Origin: Eremomyces bilateralis CBS 781.70
Taxonomy: Eukaryota
Assembly: GCA_010015585.1 (NCBI GenBank)
Contig: ML975155.1
Direction: 5' to 3' (one strand)
Length of the DNA: 40,089 nucleotides
A program made the translations under genes and the position numbers. The notes beneath the pieces are model-generated. The model did no database searches. It saw nothing but the letters and a program-made list of their open reading frames with translations, and had not been told where the DNA came from. The number at the start of each line of letters is the position of its first letter. Within the stretch, counting starts at the first letter, position 1. Below are positions 1 to 12,700 of the stretch, in pieces.

Positions 1-3000
1 CGGCTCCTTTAATCGACGACACCCTCCCCCAAGGCAGCTTACCCGCCAAAGTCCGAGAATTTGCGAAAGCCGAAGAGGCGGCCAAGAAAGACGTCGAGAT
101 GAAAGACGCAGACGGCTTCAAGGAACCCTCTAACCAAAAGATGGCCCTCCTCAAGGCCCTGCTTTGCATCGGCGCCCTTCCCGAAGCCCTCTATTTCCTT
201 GGTCGATTCCCTTGGCTGATGGAACTGGACCCCGAACTCCCCAAATACATCCATCGCTTCATTAATCACAGCATCAGCCAAATCTACGAGCCCCTCGAGC
301 CACTTGCTCATCGAACGCACGTGCGAGAGGCGAAGAAAGTTCCTTTCGAACAGGCGGGTATGCCAAAGGGCCATCTGAAGGCTGGCAATCCGCCATCAAG
401 GAAATCCCTCCGTTGGCAGAACCTCGACCGTGCCGACAATGGCGACGGGATCGACTACAAGTTCTACTGGGAGGATTGGGGTGACAATATCCCGGTGTGC
501 AGAAGCATCGACGACTTCTTTGCCCTCTGTGCCTCGTTTATGAATGTTGCTGGCCTCAAGATCGGTCTAGATCCGGCTCTCTTGACGAAGATGACCAGAC
601 TTGGGAAATGGAGTCTGGGGCAAGATACCTCCGAAGCCAACTTCAAGAGATGGGCGGACCTGTTGAAGCGTCTCATTGTTCCTGCATTGAGTCTGACGAG
701 CAACAATCCCGGTGTTGTCAACGAAGTGTTCGAATTGCTCCAACTCTATCCGACCAGCGTCCGGTACAACATCTATGCCGAATGGTACACCGGTGCAACC
801 TCACGTTTACCAGAAATGAAAACCGCCTTCGATCAATCTCGCGCAGAGACCAAAGACGTCCTCAAGCGCATCAGCAAGACCAACATCAAACAGATGGCCC
901 GATCGCTCGCAAAGATCTCTTGCGCTTCTCCTGGCATTGTCTTCAGCGTTGCCATCAACCAAATCGAGGCGTATGACAACCTCATTGAAGTCATCGTGGA
1001 GTGCGCTCGCTACTTCACGCTGCTGGGCTACGACATTCTTACCTGGACACTCCTTAACTCCTTGGGCGGCAAAGGACGGAACGCTATGCAAGCCGATGGA
1101 ATGCTCACAAGCCGCTGGCTCCATTCCCTCTCCACATTCACGGGACGAGTCCTCAAGCGGTACAGCATCATGCAACCCACCCCGATCCTACAATACGTCA
1201 ACTTTCAACTTCGCAACGGCGTCTCCACCGATCTAGAGATCCTCGAACAAATCGTCACGTCCATGTCCGGCATCCGATCCGACCCGACCTTCTCGGAAGC
1301 GCAGGTTCAGGCGATGGCCGGCGGCCAGGCGCTCCAAGCGCAGATCATGGAGCAACTTCTCGACAAGCGGAGCGACGCGCGGGTGTCATCGAAGCGGTTG
1401 ATGAAATCGTTAGAATTTAAGCTCGCTGGAGACATTTTGATCGCGTTGACGCACGAGCGACAGAATTACATCTTCTATGAGACTTCGGAGAACGCGCCGT
1501 TGAAAGTGGCCGCGAACAACCTGGACAAAATCCATTATGTCTGGGCGCAGTATCTGGATCTGCTCCACACCAATTTTTCTTTCAAGGAGTTCGAGGCAGC
1601 CATTCCTGGCATCATTGACTTGGTGTCGAAATATGGCATCGATACTAGCCTTGCCTTCACGATCTATCGTCCGATCCTTACGCAAGGGATGGCAGAGGTC
1701 GATGCGAGCAGGAAGGCTGAGGAAGCGAAAAGGACAGACACGGAATCTCCTAAGACCAATGGAGACGTGGACATGAGTGATGTTGGAAAGGACGCTCCGA
1801 AACTGGCAGAGAGCACTGCCGCTACACCAACCTCTCAAGAGTCCGACTCGAAAGATGTGAGGATGGAGGATGCTTCGCCCGAAAGTACAGAGGCCAAGAC
1901 ACCAGCTCCCTCAGTCATGTTGGGTGAGCCATGGCACCCCGTCCTGAAACCGCTTTTGGACGAGATTCCCACGGACCACCTCGGCAGCATGAAAGATTCC
2001 TTGAGTCGATCCTTCTACGCCACGTTCTGGCAACTCGCCTTCCACGACATGCTAGTCCCCACACAGAGCTACGAGGACGAGATCAAGCGACTTCGGGAGA
2101 GGTTCACCTCGGTGGCTACCGACCGTTCGGACATTTCCACGACAGGAATTGCGAAGCGTGATGCCAAGAAGAAGCAAATCACGGAGGTGCAAGACAAGCT
2201 TCGAGCTGAAATGAAGTCGCAGATCACCGCATACCAACAGATCCGAACCCGATTGCAGAAGGAGAAGGACCATTGGTTTGACAGTTACCCGATCAAGAAG
2301 AACGAGTTCCATGACGTCCTCCTTCAAGAGTGCTTCTTCCCACGCATGCTTCTATCGCCGCTGGACGCGCAGTATTGTGTTCGCATGATGCTGTACCTCC
2401 ACAATTCCGGCACACCCGGCTTCCACACCGTGACGTTCATCGACCGTCTCCTCCGCGAGAAGCAAGTCACCAACATGATCTTCCAATGCACCGCGCGCGA
2501 AGCGTCGAACTTCGGCCGCTTCCTGAATGAGCTGCTCAAGGAGCTCAAGAAGTGGCACGCGGACCAAGCCGTCTACGAAAAAGCGGCGTTCGGCCCGAAG
2601 AGAGACCTGCCCGGCTTTGCACGGAAGCTGCGCGTGGACAAGACACCCGAGATGTTCCTGGAGTGGGAGGATTATCGTCGGTTGCTGTACAAGTGGCATG
2701 GGCAGATCATGGCGGTGTTCAAGAACTGTTTCACAAGCGGGGAATACATGCACATTCGGAATGCCATCAGCATTCTCGAGTCGATCCACCAGCACTTCCC
2801 AGCCATCAACTGGGTTGGCAAACAGATTCTGGAACATGTCTCCACTCTGTCACGGAAGGATCCCCGGGACGATGTCAAGCTTGCGGCCATGTCGTTGATT
2901 TCCAAGTTGAAGAAGCGGGAGAAGGAATGGTTGATGCCCCAGGCTTTCCGAATCGTAAGTGCCCGAAAACCGTCGAACGACGAATCCAGGACTAAGGCCG

Positions 3001-5720
3001 CAAAGGGCACCGACTCTCATCCCAGTGCGAAAGCGCCCACAGCAGGATCAAAGGCGGGCACGCCTGCTCAGCTGGGGAAAGGACTCAACGCGTCGGCGGC
3101 GGAGTTCAAACCCCTACCAGCTACTACGTACGTTTCTGCCACACCAGGCAAACTCGGAACCCAATATTGACTATCCTGTAACAGCAATGGTGTGGCGACT
3201 TCCCCGACCAAGATAGAAGTTGAAGATGGCGAGATTGACGATGCTAAGCGGGCCGAGGGAGAGACCACAGTCCAAACGCAGCCCAAAGAAGTTCAGCCTG
3301 AAACGGCGGTGACGGAGCCACGGCCTATATCGGCTGGTAACGAAAACCAACTTCCACTACCACCCAAATCTGCGACCGACGAACGACCTTCTTCGCATCC
3401 AAACACGCCGATCCTTCCGCCTCAGCCTCTAGTCGGCGCACGTCCTCCATCGTCTCTCCCGCCTCGTCCACACGGTCTACCCAACAAACCAGAACCAGTG
3501 GCGGCCCGTTCGCGGCTCTCAGATCGCGGCGATCGACCGAGCGAGCGACATGCCGATCGCCAACCACATCGGCAGGAGAGTCGTCAATCCACCGAATACG
3601 GCAGACTCGATCGTCCTGGTGACATATCCCGGGAGGGTCATGATACTCGCACTCGTTCCCGATCTCCGAGTCGTAGAAGACGAGCACTGACACCGGAGAG
3701 GATAGCATATGAGACTCGCGATCGAACCGATCAAACCCGCCCAACTAGTACTCGAGAACCTCGTCCCGCTGACGATAGGCAAACGCGGGCAGGACGGGAG
3801 ACGAGGCAGAGTGCTAGAGGTCATCCGCGGGATCGACCAGCGCAAGAGTTGCAGAGCAGCCCCGCAGAACGAGTTGTGAGGCAAGCACCAGGAGCACCAC
3901 TAGCAAGAGAAGAGGCACCGAACCGGGCGGATACGGAAGTTGCGCCTTCGGTCAACCCTGCGAGAGCTGCCTTAATTGGACAAGCAATTGTGCGCGGTGA
4001 ACCTATTGGCCGATCATCCTCAAGAGGTGCTCCAAGAGGCGATGGACAGCAACGTCCTGGTGACCGAGGGCCTGGCCCTGATGAAGGACGTCGGCGATAC
4101 GATATCCCGCCTACCGAACCCGATGATCGCAGCCAGAGAACTTCTCGAGCACCGTCACCTCGCAGGGCTCGCACCGAAGCAAGAGATGGCAGGAGAGATG
4201 AATACCGTGGCGGCCATCCGGACCGACCTTCACATCCCAGCGAGCCCACACCAAGGGGTCGGAAGGAGGAGAATGCCGGTCCTATGCCGACTGGGCCGCG
4301 AGGCGACCGTGGTGCCAGAAGCGATCTGTTTGAAAGCACTCACACCGGTCGTAGCCGTGACTTGTTCAATCTTCCTCCCCGGCCTCCGATGGAACCCAGC
4401 CATGGTCGGCTGTCTGATTTCGGGCTACCTGCTCGGCCCCCACAAGATCCTAACTACGGTCGATTGAACGCGGCCGCGGATACTCCACAGGGCCCACGAG
4501 GCGGACCTCGACAGGTCGGCCGACCTCCACGCAACTTCCCCGCGCAAGGAACGGGTCAGCCTCCACATGGAACTGGTGTCCCGTCTCCCAGCCAAGAGCG
4601 CGGTCCACCATCTGGACCAGCCTCTGGTCGACGGGATAGGAGAGATAGCAACTTCCCAGACACTCATCAACAGCGTGTCTCGGGACCTCAGGCATCTGAG
4701 CAACGACCACAGCAGCAGGAGACTCTGGGTATCCACCCGAGCCGGCTCAACAATATTCAAGCGGCTCCCGGACAGATCCAACCTGACGGTCATGGTCCTC
4801 CACCGTCTGCACCACGCAGCGCACATGCTCGTTCCAACCAACCATCCTTCCCACCCGCAAGTCCGCACACCCAGGGACCCAACGTCCCGTCCGGACCCGG
4901 ACGACACGCACCCACTGGTCCTTCCGGAGTCTCCGACCGCATGCACACCATGCCACCGCCCCAGCCCGAACGCTTTCCACCCCGCGGCCGTCCCGGTTCC
5001 CGCAACCTCGACACCTCCCAACCACTCACCCAAAACGTCCTCCCCCAGCAGACTCCCCCCCGCGGCATCCAACCCCGCATGGACCAACCTCCGCCATCCG
5101 CACCCGCTCCCCCTCCGTCTGAGCAACCCGATCTCATCGACGATCGCGGCCGACGTCGGGGAGGGGACGAGCGCCGCTCGACGCGTCAAAGCCGTCGCAG
5201 CAGCCGCGAGCGGTCTCGGAGCCCGAAAGATCGCGAGGAGCGAGACCGCACCGTTCGTGAGCCGAGGGAGCGCGCCGGGGGCATACGCGGACGAGATCCA
5301 CCGCGCGACGAAGCGAGGCCGTTGCGATCTATGCCTTCTGGCTCGATGAATGGGGAGCGAGATGGGCGTGCAGAGAGGGATTATAGTCGGGATCATCGCG
5401 GTGGCGAGGGGCGAGATCGGGAGAGGGAGCGGCCGATGAGAGATGACGGCGCAGGACGCGAGCGAAGTGGACGCGATGGCCGGTTGAGTGGACGAGGCGG
5501 GCCCGATGGGCCGTGGGGTGAGCGCGACGATGGCAGGAACGGCGGTGGCGAGATGAGGGTGAAGGGAAGTTCGGAGCGGCGAGAGAAAGATGAGAGGGAG
5601 CGGAGGGAGTATAACGAGATGCCGCCTGGGAGTGGTGGACGCGATGGAAGGAAGAGGGGACGGCCTGAGGAGGGGATGGGGCATATGGAGGCGAAGAGGC
5701 CGCGGAGGAGCATGGGGTGA
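1..5720 (+). CDS. THO2: THO complex subunit 2 (Tho2/Rlr1), 5' end outside window; long Arg/Pro/Gly/Asp-rich C-terminal tail
   Basis: ORF 99-3170 has Tho2 hallmarks (ETKDVLKRISKTNIK, NQIEAYDNLIEVIVECARYFT, FYATFWQLAFHD, LQECFFPRMLLSPLDAQYC, EYMHIRNAISIL). Predicted introns 2955-3005 (GTAAGT..ACTAAG..AAG, 51 nt, in frame) and 3128-3184 (GTACGT..CAG, 57 nt) join it in frame to ORF 3192-5720 (TGA). Confidence 0.93.
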
Positions 5721-6398
5721 AGTGGCGGATTGATCGATTCGAGATGGACGGGGGCGTTGGACGCAAGCCGACACTGTTTCATAGGAGGAGAGCTCCTTGG
5801 GTCGGTCATGGAGCGAGATGACGTTTCCAGCGGTTCCTTTTGTTTCCATCACCATCCTGTGCCGGCTGTTCTTCACGGAGATGCCTTCATTCACGGGCAC
5901 CGGATGAGTTTCTAGGATGGCAAAGCATTGCGTTGTATGGCGTTTTTCTTTGGCTCGGCGATTCGTGGCTGGGAATCACTACAGTAGATTGACTGATTGA
6001 CTAAGCACGGAGTTGGGATGTTCCCTCCACTAAAACATGGGAAACGAGTGCGCAAAGAGCACCGATAATGTCGCATGAGAGAGATCACTATTGAATGTGA
6101 ACTGGTGGAATGTGAACGGTTTTCATCGAACTCTACAAAACGCAGAGCTCCCCCCACTGCAAGAGATCCAGAAACGCCCCGTCGCGTAACCGTACAAAAA
6201 CTGAACGGCGTCACGAAAAAACGCAAAAGACCCACCCAACATCGAGTGCGCCAGATCGCCGGTGTCCCATTGATCCCCCAAGCTTTTCTCCCAGCCACGG
6301 GACGACGATGTAAAGCCGACCGCCTTCCAAGGCAACCAACGAACGACGACTCAGCAAACCCCAGGCGACCGGTTTGTTTTTGCTTTAAACAGGAATCT

Positions 6399-8066
6399 CT
6401 ACTCCGACGACGCTCCACCCATCGACTCCCGCTTCTTCTCCTTCTTCGCCTTCTTCTCCGCCTTCCTCCGCTTCCGCTCCGCGCGCTCCTCCGCCGTCTC
6501 GCCGTCGTCGTGCTTCCGCTTCTTGCTGTCGGCCTTCTCTTCCTTCCCCGGGGTGGCCTGCGCGGCCGGCTCCTCGTCGTACTTCAGCTCCTGCGGCTTC
6601 GCGGCGGCGGCGGCGGGGGCGTCGTCTTTGATCTCCTCAATGCGGCCGGTGGCGGCAGCAGCGGCAGCGCTGGGGCCGGTGTTGGAGTAGTCGGTGTAGC
6701 TCTTTTTCCAGGTGGCTGGGGTGTCGTCGTTGGCGCGGCCGAATTTCTAGATGCTCGTTAGTTTGGAACGCTCTTCTCGGAGCGGGGAGTAGGGATGGAT
6801 GAACGAGGATGGCAAGAGGAGGGGGATTAACACGTACATCTAATTTGCCAGCGGCCTTCATCTTCTTCTTCTCCATCGAGATCGGTCCCAACCCCCATCG
6901 CTTGGGGTACAGATCCCGCTCCATGATGACGCGCTTAACCTTCGCGACGACGCCGTGGTCGCAGCTGCCGAGGTCGGCGGTGGACATCATGGCGATAGCG
7001 AGGGCGATGGCTTCGCCCTTGGTGGAGATGACGATGATTTCCTCGAACTGTTTGATTCCAGCCTCTGCGGTCATGTTAGCATTGTGCAGAATGTCGGAAA
7101 GGGGGAATAAACGTACGGTATCGCAAAAGACCCGGCATCATGACCTTCGCACCGTAGGTGATGGCGTTGATCGAGGTGTCCTTGACGACAATGCGCTTGT
7201 AGGTCGTCAAGAGGGACTCAAGCGGTTGGATGACGGTACGCAGCAGCGCCTCGTCTCGCTTGTTGTCATACGCCCACTGCGCATCCAGCACGTCGTGCAT
7301 CGTGACCAATCCCTTCTCCTCGTGCATCGCACCGCTGCGCACTCTCCTCAGCTCCTGCATATGCCCACCAACGCCCAGCAATACACCCAAATGCACACAC
7401 AGCGTTCGGATATACGTCCCGGCCTCGCAGCTCACCCAGAACACGCCCAGATGCCTCTGCTCATCGTACTCATACAGCTTCGTCTCGTAGATCGTCCGCA
7501 CGCGCAACTGGCGCTTCACGGCCGAGATGACGGGCGGCCGTTGGAACAGCGCACCGCTCAGCGTCTCCAGAGCGCGCGCCACGGACTTCTCACCCCCCGG
7601 CACCGGCGCATGGAAGCGCACGACGCACACGTACTCCTTTCCGGCTCCCTGTTGGGCCTTCACGAGGCGGGTGGCACGGTCGATGCAGACGATCAGGCAG
7701 CCGGTGACCTTGGGGTCGAGGGTGCCGCTGTGGCCCGTCTTCTCGACGCGAAGCATGCGCTTCACCCAGGCGACGACTTCGTGGCTGGACGGGTTGGCGG
7801 GCTTGTCGAGGTTGATGACACCGGAACTGACGTAGGATTTGAGGTCGCGGTTTTCGGGCTCGCTGCCGGCAGGGATGGGGGTGTAGTGGGCGGTGCGGAC
7901 CAGAACTGGAAGGGAGGGTTAGTTTCCAATTTTGTCGTGTGCGTCGGGGGAATGGCCTACGCTTGTCCCAGTCTTTGAGAAGCAATGGGTATTCCGAGCC
8001 GGGAATCTCCTGCACCGAGCTCTCCGGCTTGATCGTATATTCGGGCTTCATTTCGACGCTCGTCAT
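6399..8066 (-). CDS. CBF5: H/ACA snoRNP pseudouridine synthase Cbf5/dyskerin
   Basis: Motifs [53 protein letters not shown]-region [18 protein letters not shown] and a Lys/Glu-rich tail. Introns 7906-7960, 7065-7116 and 6747-6837 restore one frame; stop TAG at 6401-6399. Confidence 0.96.
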
Positions 8067-8246
8067 CTTGCCTGTGGTTAAAATGATTTGGCGAGGTGCC
8101 AATTGAAGGGATAAACCGGAGCGATGTTCCCTATCAATACCAATATATTATATGGTATTGAGGAATGGGATGAATGGGAGTGGACCGGATACGCGAGCCT
8201 CTGGGGAGTGATATGGAGGTGGCTGTCAAATCCGAACTTTTGAAGC

Positions 8247-8257
8247 CGAAATTTTCG
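8247..8257 (-). promoter_or_regulatory. RRPE-like element (CGAAAATTTCG) upstream of CBF5
   Basis: GAAAATTT core ~180 bp upstream of a ribosome-biogenesis gene; resembles the yeast RRPE motif. Short motif, so a chance match is possible. Confidence 0.35.
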
Positions 8258-8332
8258 ATATGGAAAAGCTCAAGGCTCAAGCTGCAGGGAAGGCGCACGA
8301 GCCATGCCTTCCTCATTTTATGTGGCGGTGCA

Positions 8333-8362
8333 TGACAGTGGCTGACAGTGGCTGACAGTGGC
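8333..8362. repeat. Tandem repeat (TGACAGTGGC)x3 in the divergent CBF5/GMT promoter
   Basis: Three perfect 10-bp copies; related TGACAG copies occur near 8223 (inverted), 8507 and 8723. Confidence 0.85.
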
Positions 8363-8568
8363 GGTACCACTCTGCCTTGTAGCCTCAATATCTAAGGCAG
8401 AAAGATCGGAAAGATGTGGCTGACGACATGACATCTACATGGCAATAACAGTCTCCACGTATCACTGGCCACAGCAGCAAGAGCCCGGAGGAAAGGAGAA
8501 CAGAATCTGACAGTTTTGCCTCTCTAAGGCGGTCATAAGCAGTTCATGTTATTAAGCACTTCTTAACC

Positions 8569-8604
8569 ACCATATCAACTGCCATATCAACTACCATATC
8601 AATT
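8569..8604. repeat. Tandem repeat (RCCATATCAAYT)x3
   Basis: ACCATATCAACT GCCATATCAACT ACCATATCAATT read directly. Confidence 0.8.
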
Positions 8605-8881
8605 CCAATATCACATGTATCTCACTGCTCTGCATTCGCAATTCACACACATTCATTCTTCTTTAAGTTGGTGCTAGCAATTTGTTCCTAGCAGGTAGTA
8701 GTATCCTTGATCCTGGACTGAGTGACAGTGGAACCCTGGAGTCTCAATCACGAAGCACCGGCGTACCGTATTGAAACCCCTTACTTGTCCAAATTTCCCT
8801 GTTACCCCCCGACCGCCCGACCGCCCGAACCAGCCTGCGGCAAAGGACTTTCGCCTTTACGCTGTCCTCTTCTCCGCGTGA

Positions 8882-10247
8882 ATGGCCGATGAGAAGCACA
8901 TCGTCGAGATCCCCCTTCAGGTTCGCAGTCAGGACAACCTTCGATCGCGCCCTCTTTCGTCCGCTTCCTCCTCCAGCAGCCGACCGTTGACCTTCCCCTC
9001 CGACGACGAAGCCACCACTATCTCCACCATGTCGAAGGATTTGTCGAGTAGCCCGATATTGCCGGTCATATCGTACTGCGCTTCGTCGATTTTGATGACC
9101 GTGACGAATAAATATGTTCTATCGGGTTTGGATTTCAATTTAAATTTCTTGCTGCTGGCCACGCAGGTTCGTACATTAGGGTGGGATCGTGACATTCGAT
9201 GTGCTGACGCGTTGCAGTCAATCATATGTGTCCTGGCCATCCAGACATGTAAATCAGCCGGATGGATCAACTTTCGCGACTTCAATTCGGGCGAGGCGAA
9301 GAAATGTGAGTTGTCCTCGCGTCAAGTCGCACGCGAATACGCTGATGACCATCGATTATAGGGTTCCCCATATCTCTCCTCCTCATCGGCATGATCTACA
9401 CAAGCACAAAGGCGCTGCAATTCCTCTCCATCCCCGTCTACACGATCTTCAAGAACTTAACCATCATCCTCATTGCCTATGGCGAGGTTCTCTGGTTCGG
9501 CGGCTCAGTCACCGGCATGGCATTGCTATCGTTCGGTCTGATGGTGGTCAGCTCCGTCGTCGCCGCATGGGCGGATATCCAACACGCGATGGCATCATAC
9601 GGCACCGCGAGCGAGCGAACCAACGACGCCATCAGCACATTGAACGCGGGTTATATCTGGATGATGCTGAACTGTTTCTGCACCGCGACCTACGTCCTGG
9701 GAATGCGCAAGCGGATCAAGTTGACGAACTTCAAGGACTTTGACAGTATGCCCTCCTAATCTCTTTCTAACCCCCTTCCCGAACAACATACTAACTCCTT
9801 CAAGCCATGTACTACAACAACCTCCTCACCATCCCCGTCCTCGCCGTCTGCACCCTCTTCCTCGAAGACTGGTCCGCCCACAACATCGCGCGTAACTTCC
9901 CCCCTTCTCACCGCATCCCCATCCTCACCGCCATGGTCTTCTCCGGCCTCTCCTCCCTCTTTATCTCCTACACCTCCGCCTGGTGCGTGCGCGTCACCAC
10001 CTCCACCACATACTCCATGGTCGGCGCCCTCAACAAGCTGCCCATCGCCGTCAGCGGCCTCGTCTTCTTCGACGCCCCCGTCACCTTCGGCAGCGTCAGC
10101 GCCATCGCTATCGGCTTCGTCTCCGGGATCGTGTATGCGTGGGCGAAGGTGCTGCAGAACGCGAAGCGGGATACCGTGTTACCGTTGACGCGGCCGAACA
10201 TGCAGAGCGCGAGCGCGAAGAGCATGAGCGAGGGCCTGAAAGGATGA
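8882..10247 (+). CDS. VRG4: Golgi GDP-mannose transporter (Vrg4/Gmt family)
   Basis: Motifs [51 protein letters not shown] and the GALNK signature ([13 protein letters not shown]). Introns 9167-9217, 9306-9361 and 9746-9804 give a continuous frame. Confidence 0.95.
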
Positions 10248-11019
10248 GGAGAAGAACGGGGAGTGGGATGTGGAGGGTTGGACGTCGTTCCGCACCGCAT
10301 GGTCGGAAATGCGACGGACGGCATTTTGGACGATCAACCGGGTATTCGAAAACGGGAGGCGGTGCGGTTCCGCTGGTCTATCAGCGACCGCGAACCACAC
10401 CTGCCGTGGGTTGCGTCTATCGGAGGCATATGACCTATTCCGGGCCATGGTCTCCTTGATTCTCGAATAGACAGTTTGTAATGGGCTTCCGTGATCGGTT
10501 GCTCTGCGTTGGCTTTGGTACGCGTGCAAAAATTCCGGGCTTGGAAGGCTGGCTCTTGATGGAGTTATGGACATTCCAATGTGTATATTATATTACCTTT
10601 TGAGATATGTTGGAGCGGTGATGAATCGAGTGTATAGGTTCTAATCTTGGATGTCGAGATCTTTCTGATGCCTCCATTGACCTTGAAAACACTCCGGATC
10701 GTATATTCGAACCCTATCTTAAGCCCCTCCAGGCTATTCATTATATATGATACAGCCTGAACATGTCCGGAAGCACATTTGCATCAGAAGTCGACTATTC
10801 TTCTCGACATAAAAATGACTCGCAGGAGAAGATGAGCACGTGACATGCATCGCCATTTGGAAAATATTTCTTTCCCAGCAACATGAACGTTGAATTAATG
10901 AAAGCTTCGTGAACGAATAATCTTTATCAGATATAAAATGCAATAATCCCTGCATTGTAACCTACCAGGCGATCGTTGCGTTCAGCGTTGGGCGCGAAAA
11001 GCCCTCTCCATCCATCACC

Positions 11020-12681
11020 ATGGCTCCAAATCCCATGCCATCCGCCCTCACCTTCGAGCTGATCGCCAAATGTTCGGTATGAATCTCCCTAAATCCCTAA
11101 TCTGAATTCAAGAATATCAATTAACATATGTCCAGGTCACCAAAGCGCGCGCATCGCTCCTCACGTTGCCCCATGGACCCGTCCAGCTCCCCGTTTTCAT
11201 GCCGGTGGGGACCCAGGCGACGCTCAAGGGAGTCACCCCTGAGCAGCTGGAGGGGACGGGATGTCGACTGTGCTTGAATAATACGTATCATCTGTAAGTT
11301 CGATATTCTGTCTCATCTACGGTTGAAGGATACACGATGCTAACGGGTTACGTAGCGGACTCAAACCCGGACAGGCGGTTCTTGACGCCGTCGGGGGCGC
11401 GCATAAGTTCCAATCATGGCCGCATAATATTCTTACAGGTGAGGATTCCATGGATTCGCGTGGATGATCAGATTACTGAAAATGGTGCAGATAGCGGAGG
11501 GTATAGCGACCTCTCCCCGTCAACCTCTATCAGGCATTAACCTCTCTGCCCAGTTTCCAAATGGTCTCCCTCCTCGAACTCGCCAAAGTCACCGAAGAAG
11601 GCGTCCGCTTCCTCAGTCCGCACGATGGCTCCCCAATGTACCTCTCCCCCCTCATAACCTCCAGCCCACACACTAACCACCCCCAGGCTCCTCACCCCCG
11701 AGCACTCCATCTCCCTCCAAAACTCCATCGGCTCCGACATCATGATGCAACTCGACGACGTGATTGCGACCACCTCGCCGGACCTCGCGCGCATGGAAGA
11801 GGCGATGCACCGCTCCGTACGCTGGCTAGACCGGTGCATCGCGGCGCATAAATACCCCGAACGGCAGAGTCTGTTCTGCATTATTCAAGGGGGGTTGAAT
11901 CTGGAGCTGCGGCGGGAGTGCTGTCGGGAGATGGTGGCGAGGGATACGCCGGGGATTGCGATTGGGGGTTTGAGTGGCGGGGAGGAGAAAGATTCGTATT
12001 GTAGAGTGTGAGTGGGAACTGAGGGGGAGTTGGTGTGGACTGTGGAGGCTGACTGGTTGGTTTAGGGTTGATACGTGCACGGGCTTGTTGCCGGAGATGA
12101 AGCCACGATATGTTATGGGAGTGGTGAGTGGCGCCTAACAACCGCAGGTTATATGATTCCTCTGACATGGCGTAGGGTTACCCAGAAGATCTGGTTGTTT
12201 CCGTGGCACTTGGAGCCGACATGTTCGACTGCGTCTGGCCAACCCGGACGGCCGTAAGTGTCTATCTACGCCCCATCCAATCCCACTGCTGACTTGGATC
12301 CCAAAGCGCTGGGGCAATGCCGCCACCTCCTCCGGCACCCTGAACCTCAAACACGGCAACTACGCCAACGACTTCTCCCCTATCGAAGAAGGCTGCACCT
12401 GCATCTCCTGCCGCCCGAAGTCCGCCGGCGGCCTGGGCATCTCGCGGGCGTACATCTACCATCTCGCGGGTAAGGAGACGGCCGGCGCACACCTTCTAAG
12501 CATACACAATGTGCATTATCTGCTCGCCCTGATGCGGTCGGCGCGGGAGGCAATCATCGCGGATCGGTATCCGCAGTTTGTGAAGGGGTTCTTTGGGAAG
12601 TTGTATCCGGATCGGACGATGACGCCGTCATGGGCGGTGACAGCGTTGAGGAGGGTAGGAGTGGATTTGCTGGCGGATTAG
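11020..12681 (+). CDS. QTRT1: Queuine tRNA-ribosyltransferase catalytic subunit (eukaryotic TGT, QTRT1-like), 9 exons
   Basis: Spliced model gives [66 protein letters not shown] and Zn motif CTCISC..HN. Introns 11077-11135, 11294-11355, 11439-11490, 11501-11553, 11638-11686, 12008-12065, 12124-12175 and 12254-12306; stop TAG 12679-12681. Confidence 0.93.
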
Positions 12682-12700
12682 TCTTGGCCATTGGATATTA

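Noticed and set aside
3192..5720. Separate 842-aa gene
   Set aside because: It starts at GTG and is joined in frame to THO2 by the canonical intron 3128-3184.
4425..7978. Long antisense/overlapping ORFs (4425-5900, 6075-6761, 6809-7978)
   Set aside because: Shadow frames of the GC-rich THO2 and CBF5 coding sequence with no recognisable motifs.
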